From the NCBI GenBank assembly GCA_903851045.1, contig CAINNF010000018.1, positions 69,925 to 121,959 on the forward strand: 52,035 bases of DNA, read 5' to 3'. This document shows positions 1 to 9,505 of this stretch, one piece after another (the stretch's first letter is position 1; each line of letters opens with the position of its first letter). The translations under genes and the position numbers were made by a program. The notes beneath the pieces were generated by a model. The model was not told the DNA's origin. It was given only the letters and a program-made list of their open reading frames with translations, and ran no database searches. The stretch is from Candidatus Adlerbacteria bacterium (GTDB taxonomy: Bacteria; Patescibacteriota; Minisyncoccia; Phycocordibacterales; SBAW01).

Positions 1-2
1 TC

Positions 3-926
3 GGCCACCGTGTGCCGGTGTGGTACTGTACATATCCTGAAGGCGGCAAAAGCACACCAATGTGTGCTAATCCAATAATCAGTATTGAAAACGCCTCAGA
101 ATGTCCATATTGCCACGGGACCGTAGAACAAGACCCCGACACCCTCGACACGTGGTTCTCCTCTGGATTGTGGACATTTTCGACGCTCGGCTGGCCGGAT
201 GATACGCTCGACCTTAAAACATTCCATCCGACGGCACTCCTGGAAACCGGCTATGACATCCTCTTCTTCTGGGTGGCGCGTATGATACTCATGAGCGGCT
301 TCCTCGTAGGAGATGTTCCATTCAAGAATGTCTATCTCCACGGCCTCGTACGCGACGAAAAAGGCCGCAAGATGAGCAAGTCGCTTGGTAATATCATCGA
401 CCCACTCGATATGATTTCTAAATATGGCGCCGACGCGGTGCGTCTGTCACTCATCATCGGCGCAGCACCCGGTAACGACCTCAAATTGTCCGAGAATCGC
501 ATTCGTGGCTATAAGAACTTCGCTAACAAAGTGTGGAATATCACCCGATTCGTACTCGAAAACACACAGGATGCGACCGACGATGTGCCGTTTACCGAGG
601 GCGACGCTGCAATCCAACAAGAAGCGTGTGGGGCCTTCGATGCTGTCACAGCGAATATCGAAAAATATCGTCTCGATCTTGCCGCCGACCAGGTGTACCA
701 GTTCATTTGGCACCGTTTCGCCGACGAGATTCTTGAAGAAAGTAAAACGATACTTAAAACAGGCACACCCGAGGAGGTAGCTTCACGAAAGAGGCTACTT
801 ACCAACACTCTGAAGGATTCACTGAAGCTGCTACACCCGTTCATGCCGTTCGTCACCGAGGAGATCTGGAGTTCGCTGCCGAACACCGAAAACCTGTTGA
901 TGATCGAGCCTTGGCCATCAAAATAG
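3..926 (+). CDS. valS: valine--tRNA ligase, C-terminal part (5' truncated by window edge)
   Basis: GHRVPVWY, DTLDTWFSSGLW, GYDILFFWVARM, KMSKS, GADAVR and HPFMPFVTEEIW motifs of ValRS. Confidence 0.97.
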   Translation, partial: GHRVPVWYCTYPEGGKSTPMCANPIISIENASECPYCHGTVEQDPDTLDTWFSSGLWTFSTLGWPDDTLDLKTFHPTALLETGYDILFFWVARMILMSGFLVGDVPFKNVYLHGLVRDEKGRKMSKSLGNIIDPLDMISKYGADAVRLSLIIGAAPGNDLKLSENRIRGYKNFANKVWNITRFVLENTQDATDDVPFTEGDAAIQQEACGAFDAVTANIEKYRLDLAADQVYQFIWHRFADEILEESKTILKTGTPEEVASRKRLLTNTLKDSLKLLHPFMPFVTEEIWSSLPNTENLLMIEPWPSK

Positions 927-941
927 GGGTATACTGAGAAG

Positions 942-1697
942 GTGGATTTTTTGATCTTTCTTCCGGTAGGCCTTGTCGAGCACCCTATCCTTTCGCTTGT
1001 CTCCTTTCTCGGTGGCGTGATACCCGCGTGCATATGGCTTTGTTTTTGGCTTTTTGAGGACCGCTGCCAGCCCGAACCAAAACGCTTCATATTTTACGCC
1101 TTTGTCGCCGGAATGATCGCTATCGGACCGACCTTGGTCTTACAAGCGATCGCGCAACAATACCTTCCACCATATAGCCTTGGCCTGATCGGTATGTGGG
1201 CACTTACCGAGGAGATCATGATATTCCTCGCAGCCTACGTTGCCGCCCTACGCCTGTACGTGTTCGACGAGCCGATAGACGCTATCATCTACATGGTGAC
1301 CGCGGCGCTTGGCTTCTCGGCGCTTGAGAACGCGCTTTTTTTGTGGCCACAGATCGTCAATGGCGACCTGTTACGGATCGTCGCACTTGGTGAATCACGG
1401 TTCCTTGGAGCGACGCTCGTACACACGCTCTCTTCGTCGACCGTTGGTATCGCGCTGGCTATTTCGTTCAACAAACCGGCGAGCATGCGGAAACTCTATG
1501 CGATCTGCGGCATTATCCTCTCGACCATATTGCATACCACCTACAATTACTTTATTGTTAACATACCAGAAGGTGCTGGTGCTCATAGTACGCAAGGTGC
1601 TGAAGAAACGTTCTGGATCTTTGTGTGTGTCTGGTGTGGCATCATCGCAACACTGCTGGTTATCGAGCGACTCAAAACCCCCAAAGACTATTGTTAA
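942..1697 (+). CDS. prsW: PrsW family intramembrane glutamic protease
   Basis: Multi-TM protein with EE (ALTEEI), GFSALEN and two His motifs (LVHTL, ILHTTYN). GTG start lies 6 nt after TATACT. Confidence 0.85.
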   Translation: MDFLIFLPVGLVEHPILSLVSFLGGVIPACIWLCFWLFEDRCQPEPKRFIFYAFVAGMIAIGPTLVLQAIAQQYLPPYSLGLIGMWALTEEIMIFLAAYVAALRLYVFDEPIDAIIYMVTAALGFSALENALFLWPQIVNGDLLRIVALGESRFLGATLVHTLSSSTVGIALAISFNKPASMRKLYAICGIILSTILHTTYNYFIVNIPEGAGAHSTQGAEETFWIFVCVWCGIIATLLVIERLKTPKDYC

Positions 1698-1717
1698 TTA
1701 ACAAGTAATCATGACGT

Positions 1718-2248
1718 ATGGCACGAGATAAACGAACACTTTTTGAATGGCTAACCGGTGGTACGGGATCGGATGATTCTTTCTCGTTCGACGACCTCGA
1801 AAGCGGCGGCACTGGCTATGTGCCAGCCCAAAAGACCATAAAACCTGGTGCCGCCGTCGCGCCACCGGCCTCACGACGCGTACTACCCCAAGAAGAAGAG
1901 GAACCCGAGCGCGAAGAGGAGGGTGAGCTTGCGGTAGATGTGTACCAGACCCCGACACACCTCATCATCAAGGCGATGATCGCGGGGGTGCGACCGGAAG
2001 ATCTCGACGTCTCTATAACACGAGACATGGTGACATTGCGCGGTAAACGCGAACGGCATGTCGAAGGTACCGCCGGCGAATTCTTCTTTTCTGAGTTGTA
2101 TTGGGGAGCTTTTTCGCGAACGATAGTCCTCCCTCAGGAGATCGATATCGAAGGAGCCGACGCAGTTGAAAAGCATGGCCTACTTACCCTGCGACTGCCC
2201 AAGCTGGACAAGGGCCGCCAAGCGAAGCTCAAGATCAAGTCGAACTAA
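1718..2248 (+). CDS. Hsp20/alpha-crystallin small heat shock protein
   Basis: VDVYQT..LIIKAMIAGV.PEDLDVSI, ELYWGAFSRTIVLP, GLLTLRLPK and C-terminal IKS-type tail. Confidence 0.93.
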   Translation: MARDKRTLFEWLTGGTGSDDSFSFDDLESGGTGYVPAQKTIKPGAAVAPPASRRVLPQEEEEPEREEEGELAVDVYQTPTHLIIKAMIAGVRPEDLDVSITRDMVTLRGKRERHVEGTAGEFFFSELYWGAFSRTIVLPQEIDIEGADAVEKHGLLTLRLPKLDKGRQAKLKIKSN

Positions 2249-2274
2249 CTTTTTACTCTAAGCGAAACAGAATG

Positions 2275-2347
2275 TGCCGAGAGCCGGGCTCGAACCGGCG
2301 ACCCCTTCCTCTTCAGGGAAATGCTCTACCAACTGAGCTATCTCGGC
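2275..2347 (-). tRNA. tRNA-Phe(GAA)
   Basis: Reverse complement GCCGAGATAGCTCAGTTGGTAGAGCA-TTTCC-CTGAAGA-GGAAG..GCCGGTTCGAGCCCGGCTCTCGGCA forms a cloverleaf; no encoded CCA. Confidence 0.95.
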
Positions 2348-2438
2348 GAATCGCACACGACCAACCTCCCGTACGCTAGAAAATATAGCTTAAAAAAGCT
2401 TTTGTGTAAATGTCATACCGCGGAGCGCTTTTTACTCT

Positions 2439-2762
2439 TTATTTCACAAAGAAGGTGTGAAGCGTAAGTACTATAGACACCGCCACCGTGAGAAGTACAT
2501 ACGCGTACATGGCTGTTCTCAGAACGACCGATACGGGCATGGACCGACGCACAGCGGCGGTAAGGTCCACAAGCGCTCTCAATTGTCGCACCGAGAGCCA
2601 AAATAGGCACACGTGCAAAACGACATACAGCAGGAACACGGCAAGTACTGTCGCTGCGATACCTTCAAAACGAATACCTGGGAAGAAGACGACCCCGATC
2701 GACCACATAACGAAGACCAGAACCGCTATCACCTTTTCTCGCACGAGGAATTCTTTTTTCAT
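2439..2762 (-). CDS. hypothetical membrane protein (about 3 TM)
   Basis: 107 aa ORF with three hydrophobic stretches, co-oriented with neighbours. Confidence 0.55.
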   Translation of the reverse strand: MKKEFLVREKVIAVLVFVMWSIGVVFFPGIRFEGIAATVLAVFLLYVVLHVCLFWLSVRQLRALVDLTAAVRRSMPVSVVLRTAMYAYVLLTVAVSIVLTLHTFFVK

Positions 2763-2780
2763 GATACATTCATTCGTTTG

Positions 2781-3248
2781 TTAATGAGTGGAGTTGTTGG
2801 ATGCTCGAGGTGAGCCAAGGGGTGCGTGTGCAGTGGATGTATTGTTCCCTTTAGGCCAGTTGACCCAAAGGGTGAGCGATAACACCAGGATTACAGCTAC
2901 CACAAGAACGGCGTTCGCTTGGAACTCCGTGCGAACGATCTTTTTCCTGATCAGCCAGCCAGCAATACCGCTTCCCGAGGTAATCACAGGTGCCTCGCCG
3001 CGCCACTTTCGTTTTTTTGCTTCGACCTCCAACTCTTTCTTGATCCTGTCCTCTTCGGCCTCAGCACTCGGTGGCATATTTTGATCGGAGACTTGTGCGA
3101 CATTCTCGGGGTGCTCTACCGCCATAAACGCGTCGGACACATCCTGAGGTGCCCATCCTGAGGCCCGCAACTTCTCTTCAATATCTTGCTTAGAAAAATC
3201 AGCGGCAAGGTTTTGGCGAATATATTCGAGTAGTTGTGGTGCTGCCAT
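2781..3248 (-). CDS. hypothetical membrane-anchored protein
   Basis: N-terminal 'LLEYIRQNL..FSKQDIEEKLRASGW..DVSDAF' small helical domain and a C-terminal TM helix. Confidence 0.75.
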   Translation of the reverse strand: MAAPQLLEYIRQNLAADFSKQDIEEKLRASGWAPQDVSDAFMAVEHPENVAQVSDQNMPPSAEAEEDRIKKELEVEAKKRKWRGEAPVITSGSGIAGWLIRKKIVRTEFQANAVLVVAVILVLSLTLWVNWPKGNNTSTAHAPLGSPRASNNSTH

Positions 3249-3254
3249 AGATTA

Positions 3255-3566
3255 TTAGTGGGTCGTCGAGGTCGAGGATGTTGTATAGCTCTTGAACAGG
3301 TCTTGCAGCTGTGTACCGATGTTCTGCGACTGCTGGCCCGTCGATTGGACCTGCATATATAGGTCTTCTAGTTTGCCGACATACGGCTGGAGATAGTAAT
3401 AGTAGGTCGCACTAGACACTCCGATAATGACCATCCACCATACAAACTGGAAAAAACGCCCCCAGCGCTGCGCGCTGCGCATCCCCCGTACGATATGGTT
3501 GGTGTCCTCAGCGAGCGCGAGCGCCTGCTTGGCAAGCGCCTTGATCTCTTTAATATCCTCATCCAT
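3255..3566 (-). CDS. hypothetical single-TM protein
   Basis: 103 aa, coiled N-terminus, TM ending YYYYLQPY; TGgTAAAAT 7 nt upstream of ATG. Confidence 0.75.
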   Translation of the reverse strand: MDEDIKEIKALAKQALALAEDTNHIVRGMRSAQRWGRFFQFVWWMVIIGVSSATYYYYLQPYVGKLEDLYMQVQSTGQQSQNIGTQLQDLFKSYTTSSTSTTH

Positions 3567-3582
3567 AGCAACTATTTTACCA

Positions 3583-3654
3583 TGCCCCCGGCGGGAATCG
3601 AACCTACATCTACCCCTTAGGACGGGGCTGTTCTATCCATTGAACTACGGGGGC
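3583..3654 (-). tRNA. tRNA-Arg(CCT)
   Basis: Reverse complement GCCCCCGTAGTTCAATGGATAGAACA-GCCCC-GTCCTAA-GGGGT-AGAT-GTAGGTTCGATTCCCGC-CGGGGGCA. Confidence 0.9.
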
Positions 3655-3666
3655 CTCACGACTCGC

Positions 3667-3699
3667 AAAACCGCTCCACATTCGGCGTGGAGCGGTTTT
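3667..3699. terminator. intrinsic terminator hairpin (A- and T-flanked)
   Basis: AAAA-CCGCTCCAC-attcggc-GTGGAGCGG-TTTT downstream of the glutaredoxin gene. Confidence 0.75.
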
Positions 3700-3725
3700 A
3701 GTATGCGCTATTGCGGGGAAAATGG

Positions 3726-3968
3726 CTATGCCTCGAGACCTAGTTTCTCGGCGAACTTCTCGCGATCGAAGCCGACCATGACCGAACCGTCGACCACAAT
3801 GACCGGGACGCCGAGTTGTCCCGTCATCTGGATCATCTCATTGCGCCGCTGCGCGTCGACCGAGACGTCATAATTGGTAAAAGGGATGTTCTTCTCGGCA
3901 AGGAACTCTTTCGCTAACTGGCAAAAGTGGCAGGTCGGTGTCGAATAAATGGCTATGTGTTTGTCCAT
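3726..3968 (-). CDS. glutaredoxin (NrdH/YruB-like)
   Basis: IYSTPTCHFC active site, GVPVIVVDG, VGFD. Confidence 0.93.
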   Translation of the reverse strand: MDKHIAIYSTPTCHFCQLAKEFLAEKNIPFTNYDVSVDAQRRNEMIQMTGQLGVPVIVVDGSVMVGFDREKFAEKLGLEA

Positions 3969-4073
3969 ACGATTACGATTTATATGTAGTTAATGTGCAT
4001 CCAGTATAACATACTTTACTTTGTACAGTGAATAGGGCCGCTCCAGTGGAGCAACCCATGGTACCATTGGCTC

Positions 4074-5438
4074 ATGGACGTACTTCAATGGTCGCGTCTC
4101 CAGTTCGGCGATACCGCCGCGTTTCATATCCTCTGGCCGATCATGTCCATCGGACTCGTGCTCTACATGTTCGTGATGGAGATCATGTGGCTCTTGACCA
4201 AACAGGAGCACTACTACCGCCAACTGCGCTTTTGGACCAAACCGTTCGTGCTTACCTTCGCCATAGGTACCGCCAGTGGACTACCGCTTGCCTTTCAGTT
4301 CGGCACGAACTGGTCACAATTCGCCCAAACCGCTGGCGACTTTCTCGGTAACATCCTCGGGTTCGAGACGACGATCGCCTTCGCACTCGAGTCGGCTTTT
4401 CTGGCGATATTGGTGTTCGGCTGGAAGAAAGTCCATCCGCTCGTCCACCTCTTCTCGACCGCTATGGTGCTCCTCGGAGCTTCTATTTCAGCCTTTTGGA
4501 TCATGGCGGCCAATTCGTGGATGCAGACGCCGCTCGGCGTGACCTTCTCTGACGGAAAACTGGTCGTGACCGATTATGCGAAGGCCATTTGTAACCCCGA
4601 CACGCTTGTGTCGTTCGCGCACATGTGGTTCGCCTGCGTCGAGTCGACCCTGTTCATGATGGTGGGGATCTCGGCGATCAAATTGCTTGGCTCAAGCCCC
4701 ACAGAGACGAAGGGGTTCTTTCTCTCGACCTTCAAGTTCTGCATCGGCATACTGGTCGTCGTCGCACCACTACAACTGGTCGTCGGAGACCTGAGCGGCC
4801 AAGTGGTCGGTCGCTATCAGCCGGAAAAACTAGCGGCTATCGAGCTTCAATGGCAGACGAACGCCTCTGGCACGGGCGCACCACTGCGTCTGGTCGCCAT
4901 CCCCAGCGATGCACAGCAGCGAAACTCGTTCGAGGTCGCCATACCCGGTGCTCTCAGCTTTATCACCACCCATGACCCGGTCGGCACCGTCCAAGGACTC
5001 GCCTCGTTCCCCGCCAACGACCGCCCCTCGACGGCTCAAGCCGCCGTTACCTTCTACCTGTTCAGACTCATGGTGCTGCTCGGCGTACTGATGGCAGCCC
5101 TCATGTTATGGGGGTGTATCTACTGGTACCGAGGCAAGCTCTCGGTCGCACACATAAGCAGACACCCCTGGTTCTTGTGGGCATGGATCGTCTCCATCCC
5201 CTTCGGCCTCATCGCGACCGAGTCCGGCTGGATGGTGCGCGAGATAGGCCGACAACCGTGGATCGTGTACCACATCATCCGTACCGCGGATGGCGTATCG
5301 ACCGGACTCTATTCCGCCGAGGTCGCCACAACGACGCTCGCTATCACACTCATGTACGTCGTCTTCTCGATCACCTTCGTCTATCTTGTGGCAAAGATGA
5401 TCGCGCGAGGGCCTGACCTTACTTCCCCACTCCCATGA
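4074..5438 (+). CDS. cydA: cytochrome bd ubiquinol oxidase subunit I (short Q-loop)
   Basis: SRLQF..TAAFHIL (heme b595 His), FQFGTNW, FE..AF.LES, WIMAANSWMQTP, FAHM (b558 His), QPEKLAAIE, FRLMV, REIGRQPW. Confidence 0.96.
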   Translation: MDVLQWSRLQFGDTAAFHILWPIMSIGLVLYMFVMEIMWLLTKQEHYYRQLRFWTKPFVLTFAIGTASGLPLAFQFGTNWSQFAQTAGDFLGNILGFETTIAFALESAFLAILVFGWKKVHPLVHLFSTAMVLLGASISAFWIMAANSWMQTPLGVTFSDGKLVVTDYAKAICNPDTLVSFAHMWFACVESTLFMMVGISAIKLLGSSPTETKGFFLSTFKFCIGILVVVAPLQLVVGDLSGQVVGRYQPEKLAAIELQWQTNASGTGAPLRLVAIPSDAQQRNSFEVAIPGALSFITTHDPVGTVQGLASFPANDRPSTAQAAVTFYLFRLMVLLGVLMAALMLWGCIYWYRGKLSVAHISRHPWFLWAWIVSIPFGLIATESGWMVREIGRQPWIVYHIIRTADGVSTGLYSAEVATTTLAITLMYVVFSITFVYLVAKMIARGPDLTSPLP

Positions 5439-6430
5439 CCACTGCCTGGCTCCCGATAGTGTGGTTTTGCATCATCGGTCTTGAGGTCGTGCTCTATATG
5501 CTACTCGATGGCACGAACCTCGGCGTCGGACTCCTCTCGCTCCTGCCACAGAGCGACAAGCGACGCTTGGTGCTCATGCACGTGTTCGGTCCGATGTGGG
5601 ATGCCAACGAGACATGGCTCCTGATCGCCGCTGCGACCACGTACGGCGCGTTCCCCATCGTCTTTAGTGTCGCACTCAACGCGCTCTATATCCCTGCCAT
5701 GACGCTCGGCGCGGGGCTCATACTGCGCGTGGCATCATACGAGTTCTACGCGCACACGCAGAGGACCAAGCACCTATGGGCGACACTGTTCGGTATCGGC
5801 AGTTTGTTAGCCACCATCGGTCTCGGACTCTTGCTTGGAGGACTGCTCAGCGGCATACGGATGACGAGGGGACACTTCTCGGGCGGCCCCTTCGACTGGG
5901 CAACGCTCGTCACCTTCCTCATCACCACTGGCATCGTCACCGGTTTCGTGGTACTCGGCTACGCGCACATGGTGCGCCAGTCAAAGATCGTGAGTAAGAA
6001 AGGATTCGAACGGATACTGCTCTACAGCATACTCACGTTCGCCCTTCTCGCGAGCGCCACAGCCGTAGTGCCGAACACGAACTACCTCTTCCTGTCTCGT
6101 TGGAGCGACCCACGGTACATGCCTATACTCTGGAGCGTGGTAGGGCTCATAGCCGCATCTACGGCGCTTCTGGTGTACGCTATACACAAGCGTGACACCG
6201 CGCTGGTCCCCTGGTTGTGTAACACGATCTTCATCATCGGCTTCTTCGGCATCGTTGTTGGTACCTTCCCCTATATCCTCCCTCCAAACATCACCATCTT
6301 CGACGCCGCCTCCTCGCCCACGACACAAACCTTTATGCTCTGGGGCATCGGCCCCATACTCCCCATCGTCCTCGTCTACAACTACTACATCAGCCGCCTC
6401 TTTCGAGACGATGATTCATACGAGATCTAA
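5435..6430 (+). CDS. cydB: cytochrome bd ubiquinol oxidase subunit II
   Basis: Y.LLDG..LGVG and GPMWDANETWL motifs; ATGA overlap with cydA; ITIFDAASSP.T near the C-terminus. Confidence 0.93.
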   Translation: MTTAWLPIVWFCIIGLEVVLYMLLDGTNLGVGLLSLLPQSDKRRLVLMHVFGPMWDANETWLLIAAATTYGAFPIVFSVALNALYIPAMTLGAGLILRVASYEFYAHTQRTKHLWATLFGIGSLLATIGLGLLLGGLLSGIRMTRGHFSGGPFDWATLVTFLITTGIVTGFVVLGYAHMVRQSKIVSKKGFERILLYSILTFALLASATAVVPNTNYLFLSRWSDPRYMPILWSVVGLIAASTALLVYAIHKRDTALVPWLCNTIFIIGFFGIVVGTFPYILPPNITIFDAASSPTTQTFMLWGIGPILPIVLVYNYYISRLFRDDDSYEI

Positions 6431-6434
6431 ACCT

Positions 6435-6508
6435 TGGTGCGGATAGGGAGAATCGAACTCCCGCCCGGTGCTTGGGAAGCACCTATTCTGCCACTAAACT
6501 ATATCCGC
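6435..6508 (-). tRNA. tRNA-Gly(CCC)
   Basis: Reverse complement GCGGATATAGTTTAGTGGCAGAATA-GGTGC-TTCCCAA-GCACC..GGGAGTTCGATTCTCCCTATCCGCACCA with encoded CCA. Confidence 0.95.
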
Positions 6509-6540
6509 CTTCGTCTCGCTATCGCTCGGCTTCGGCGGAC
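6504..6540. repeat. REP-like palindrome (TCCGCCTTCG...GCTTCGGCGGAC family)
   Basis: Same ends as the palindrome at 13664-13690 inside rnpB; overlaps the 5' end of tRNA-Gly. Confidence 0.65.
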
Positions 6541-6599
6541 GCGGTCCGCGAGGTCGAGCGAGCATGCACACCGAAAACTCGTTCGCTAACGAAGACACT

Positions 6600-6992
6600 T
6601 TACCATACAAACAACGTATGAAATAGGCTCGTCCACCAACTTTCTTTCAGCTCGCTATCGGTCGTCGAGGCTTTCGTGTCGCGAATGACGTCTATCTCGC
6701 CTTCGCCCGGTTTAGCGACGCCGAACCGGGCGCGGATCTGCGCCTCCTCTCCCCTTGTGGAGCTGATCTCGCTCAGTGTGGTGGTCACCCCCCGCTGTTG
6801 CGCCTCGACGCGTGCGAGCTCGGCGTTCGCCTCCTCCTTCGCTTGGGCCGCCTCGGTCATCTTGCCGTACATACCCCACGCAGCACGCGCGAGCACGACC
6901 GTGACCACCAAGAGTAGCAATACTCCGACGCCCTTTATGGACAGTCGGAGGATTTCCTCGCTCCGACTACGACGTTTCTTGAATTCGCGCAT
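6600..6992 (-). CDS. septum formation initiator FtsB/DivIC-like protein
   Basis: Basic N-tail, TM helix, coiled coil, then 'EAQIRARFGVAKPGE..I'. Start moved to ATG 6992, 9 nt after TATACT. Confidence 0.8.
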   Translation of the reverse strand: MREFKKRRSRSEEILRLSIKGVGVLLLLVVTVVLARAAWGMYGKMTEAAQAKEEANAELARVEAQQRGVTTTLSEISSTRGEEAQIRARFGVAKPGEGEIDVIRDTKASTTDSELKESWWTSLFHTLFVW

Positions 6993-7016
6993 GATACCCA
7001 GTATACTACTCTCTAT

Positions 7017-7121
7017 ATGTTTGGAAAAAAGCACCAGCGTAATCTGCGCATCTTTACTGCCGTACTCACCATCCTTATCATCGCCAGCATGATAGCCGCC
7101 TATTTCTCGATCTTGATATAA
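7017..7121 (+). CDS. small single-TM peptide (34 aa, not in ORF track)
   Basis: MFGKKHQRNLRIFTAVLTILIIASMIAAYFSILI*: basic N-terminus plus TM helix, preceded by TATACT; fills an otherwise empty gap. Confidence 0.6.
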   Translation: MFGKKHQRNLRIFTAVLTILIIASMIAAYFSILI

Positions 7122-7174
7122 AAACAAGGGCGGGACATTACTGTCACCGCCCCACACCAAACGTTACATCTTGA

Positions 7175-7498
7175 TCACACACATTGTGTCTGTCGCAGCA
7201 ACGCCTGCTTCTTTTTCGTTATCTCTCCAAGCAAGAACCGTGCGCGTTTACCATAGCGAATACCGCCGGGCGGACGAAGAAGCAGGTGCTCCTGTCCTGG
7301 AGGTGCCGCTATTACAGCAGACCGCAACCGAGACCAATCAACATCAGTAAGCGCTCGCAGATGCTTGACCGAGCATTCTGCGCACTCCTGCCGTCGTCGC
7401 CATTCCTTCGCAAAGTCAGCATCCATAGAGACCAAGAGCGTAAATAATGCATTCCATGCCGGGTCGTCTGCTGCACGACCCGCCTGTATAAAGTCCAT
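7175..7498 (-). CDS. hypothetical protein
   Basis: 107 aa ORF with strong SD (AGGAGG) 8 nt upstream of ATG. Confidence 0.6.
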   Translation of the reverse strand: MDFIQAGRAADDPAWNALFTLLVSMDADFAKEWRRRQECAECSVKHLRALTDVDWSRLRSAVIAAPPGQEHLLLRPPGGIRYGKRARFLLGEITKKKQALLRQTQCV

Positions 7499-7552
7499 AT
7501 TCGAGTCCTCCTACTGTCCAGAAAAAACCGTACCACACTTATACGTAAAACA

Positions 7553-9478
7553 CTACTCACTCTTCACCATCTTCAAAAAGACGTCTTCGGGGATGTTGAC
7601 TCGCCCGCTCGCTTTCATTCTTGCTTTTCCTTTCTTTTGCTTCTCACGAAGTTTCATCTTGCGGGTAATGTCACCGCCGTACATGTGTTGGGTGACGTCT
7701 TTGGACATCGCCGAGAGCGTTCGGGACGAGAGTATGCGGCCGAGTGCTTGGCCTTGAATTTTGGTGGCGAACATCTGTCGCGGGAGGATGCCGTACAACT
7801 TCTCCACCGCCGCCTCGGCCTCCTCTTGGGCTCTATGCTTCGCTACGATACGCGAGAATGCAGGGACGAGGTCTTCGGCAACAAGCAGGTCGAGCCGCGC
7901 GACGTCGGCCAATCGAAGCTCCTGGAGCTGGTAGGATACCGAGCCATAGCCCGAGGAAACACTCTTTAATTTGTCGAAAAAGTTACGCATGAGTTCGCGC
8001 AGCGGCATCACCACCCTCACGATGACGCGACCCTCGGAGAACGTCTCGGTCGAATCGACCGCCGCCTCATGTTCGTAGAGCATCGGCATGAGGGAGCCAA
8101 GGTACTCCGTCGGGATGACGATCTGCGCGGTAACGTACGGCTCCCACACCTGGGCGATATCACCGAAGTCGGGAAATTGCATCGGTGAGTAGACGGTCTT
8201 TCGCTTGCCGTCCTTCGTCTCTATCTCGTACGTGATGGTCGGTGTCGTAATGACGAGGCCGATGTCGAACTCGCGGCGCAAACGCTCCGACACGATCTCC
8301 AGGTGGAGCATGCCAAGGAAACCACACCGATAGCCCCGCCCAAGCATGCCCGAGGACTCCTCTTCGTACGACAAAGAGGAGTCCGACAGCCGTAGTCGCG
8401 AAAGCGCTTGGCGCAGTGTCACGAACTCGTCTTGGCTTTCGGGATAGATACTCGCCCACACGACCGGCCGCGGCTCCGCATACCCCGGCAGCGGCGGCGT
8501 CTTTGACGCGAACGCGCGCACCGTGTCGCCCACGCGCGCCAACCCCGGTTCTTTGATGCCGGTCACTATGTAGCCGATGGAACCGGCAAAGAGGCCTTCG
8601 GAAAGCGGTGTCGGTGTCGGGGCGAAGGAGCCGACCTCGAGCGCGTTGAATTTTCTCCCCGTTGCGGAGAACTCCAACGTATCCCCTTTCTTCGCCGCAC
8701 CCTCGAACATGCGCACGTACACGATGACGCCCTGATGGTCGGAGTATTGAAAGTCAAAAATGAGCGCACGCGGATCGCTTTTGTGCCGACTAGCAGCAAC
8801 GGATTTTCCTCCACTACCGATGGATGCCGGAAAACGCTTCACAGGAAAATAGTCTGGCCGGCCGCCAGCCTGAACGGGAGATCCAAGGACTTTTTCCTGT
8901 GAAGCATTTTCCGGCACCTCTTCCGCGTTCCTCGGTGGCGGCACGCGCTGAATGACCGCTTGCAAAAGCTCTTCGACCCCCGCACCAGTGCGACCCGAAC
9001 ACAGCAAGACCTCGTCGGGCGAGATATCGAGCAGTGTCGCGACCTGAAGCACCACATCCTCCACATCCGCCAGCGGCGAATCGATCTTGGAGACCGCTGG
9101 CACTATCACGAGCCCAAGGTCGCGTGCGCTCCGAAGCGTCGTGAGCGTCTGGGCTTGTACACCCTGCGTGGCGTCCACGAGCAGTACCGCACCCTCTACC
9201 GCGGTCAGCGCACGCGAGACCTCGTAGGAGAAGTCGATGTGCCCTGGAGTGTCGATGAGGTGAAGCAGGTACTCGTCACCCCCGAGCTTGTAGCGCATCC
9301 GTACCGGCTGCATCTTGATGGTGATGCCACGCTCACGCTCCAACTCCATAGAGTCAAGCACCTGGTCGCGCATCTTGCGCTTCTCGATAGTGCCGGTCAG
9401 CTCCAAAAAGCGGTCAGCCAGCGTGGACTTGCCGTGGTCGATGTGGGCGATGATGCTGAAATTGCGTATATGCTGCAC
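7553..9478 (-). CDS. lepA: elongation factor 4 (LepA) with ~46 aa insertion
   Basis: [56 protein letters not shown]. Confidence 0.97.
   Translation of the reverse strand: MQHIRNFSIIAHIDHGKSTLADRFLELTGTIEKRKMRDQVLDSMELERERGITIKMQPVRMRYKLGGDEYLLHLIDTPGHIDFSYEVSRALTAVEGAVLLVDATQGVQAQTLTTLRSARDLGLVIVPAVSKIDSPLADVEDVVLQVATLLDISPDEVLLCSGRTGAGVEELLQAVIQRVPPPRNAEEVPENASQEKVLGSPVQAGGRPDYFPVKRFPASIGSGGKSVAASRHKSDPRALIFDFQYSDHQGVIVYVRMFEGAAKKGDTLEFSATGRKFNALEVGSFAPTPTPLSEGLFAGSIGYIVTGIKEPGLARVGDTVRAFASKTPPLPGYAEPRPVVWASIYPESQDEFVTLRQALSRLRLSDSSLSYEEESSGMLGRGYRCGFLGMLHLEIVSERLRREFDIGLVITTPTITYEIETKDGKRKTVYSPMQFPDFGDIAQVWEPYVTAQIVIPTEYLGSLMPMLYEHEAAVDSTETFSEGRVIVRVVMPLRELMRNFFDKLKSVSSGYGSVSYQLQELRLADVARLDLLVAEDLVPAFSRIVAKHRAQEEAEAAVEKLYGILPRQMFATKIQGQALGRILSSRTLSAMSKDVTQHMYGGDITRKMKLREKQKKGKARMKASGRVNIPEDVFLKMVKSE
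8825..8916. repeat. 25-bp inverted repeat element in-frame within lepA
   Basis: TGCCGGAAAACGCTTCACAGGAAAA (8825-8849) and TTTTCCTGTGAAGCATTTTCCGGCA (8892-8916); the single mismatch is a G-U pair in the mRNA. Confidence 0.9.
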
Positions 9479-9505
9479 ACTGGGCAGTCTAGCACCTCCG
9501 CAGCA

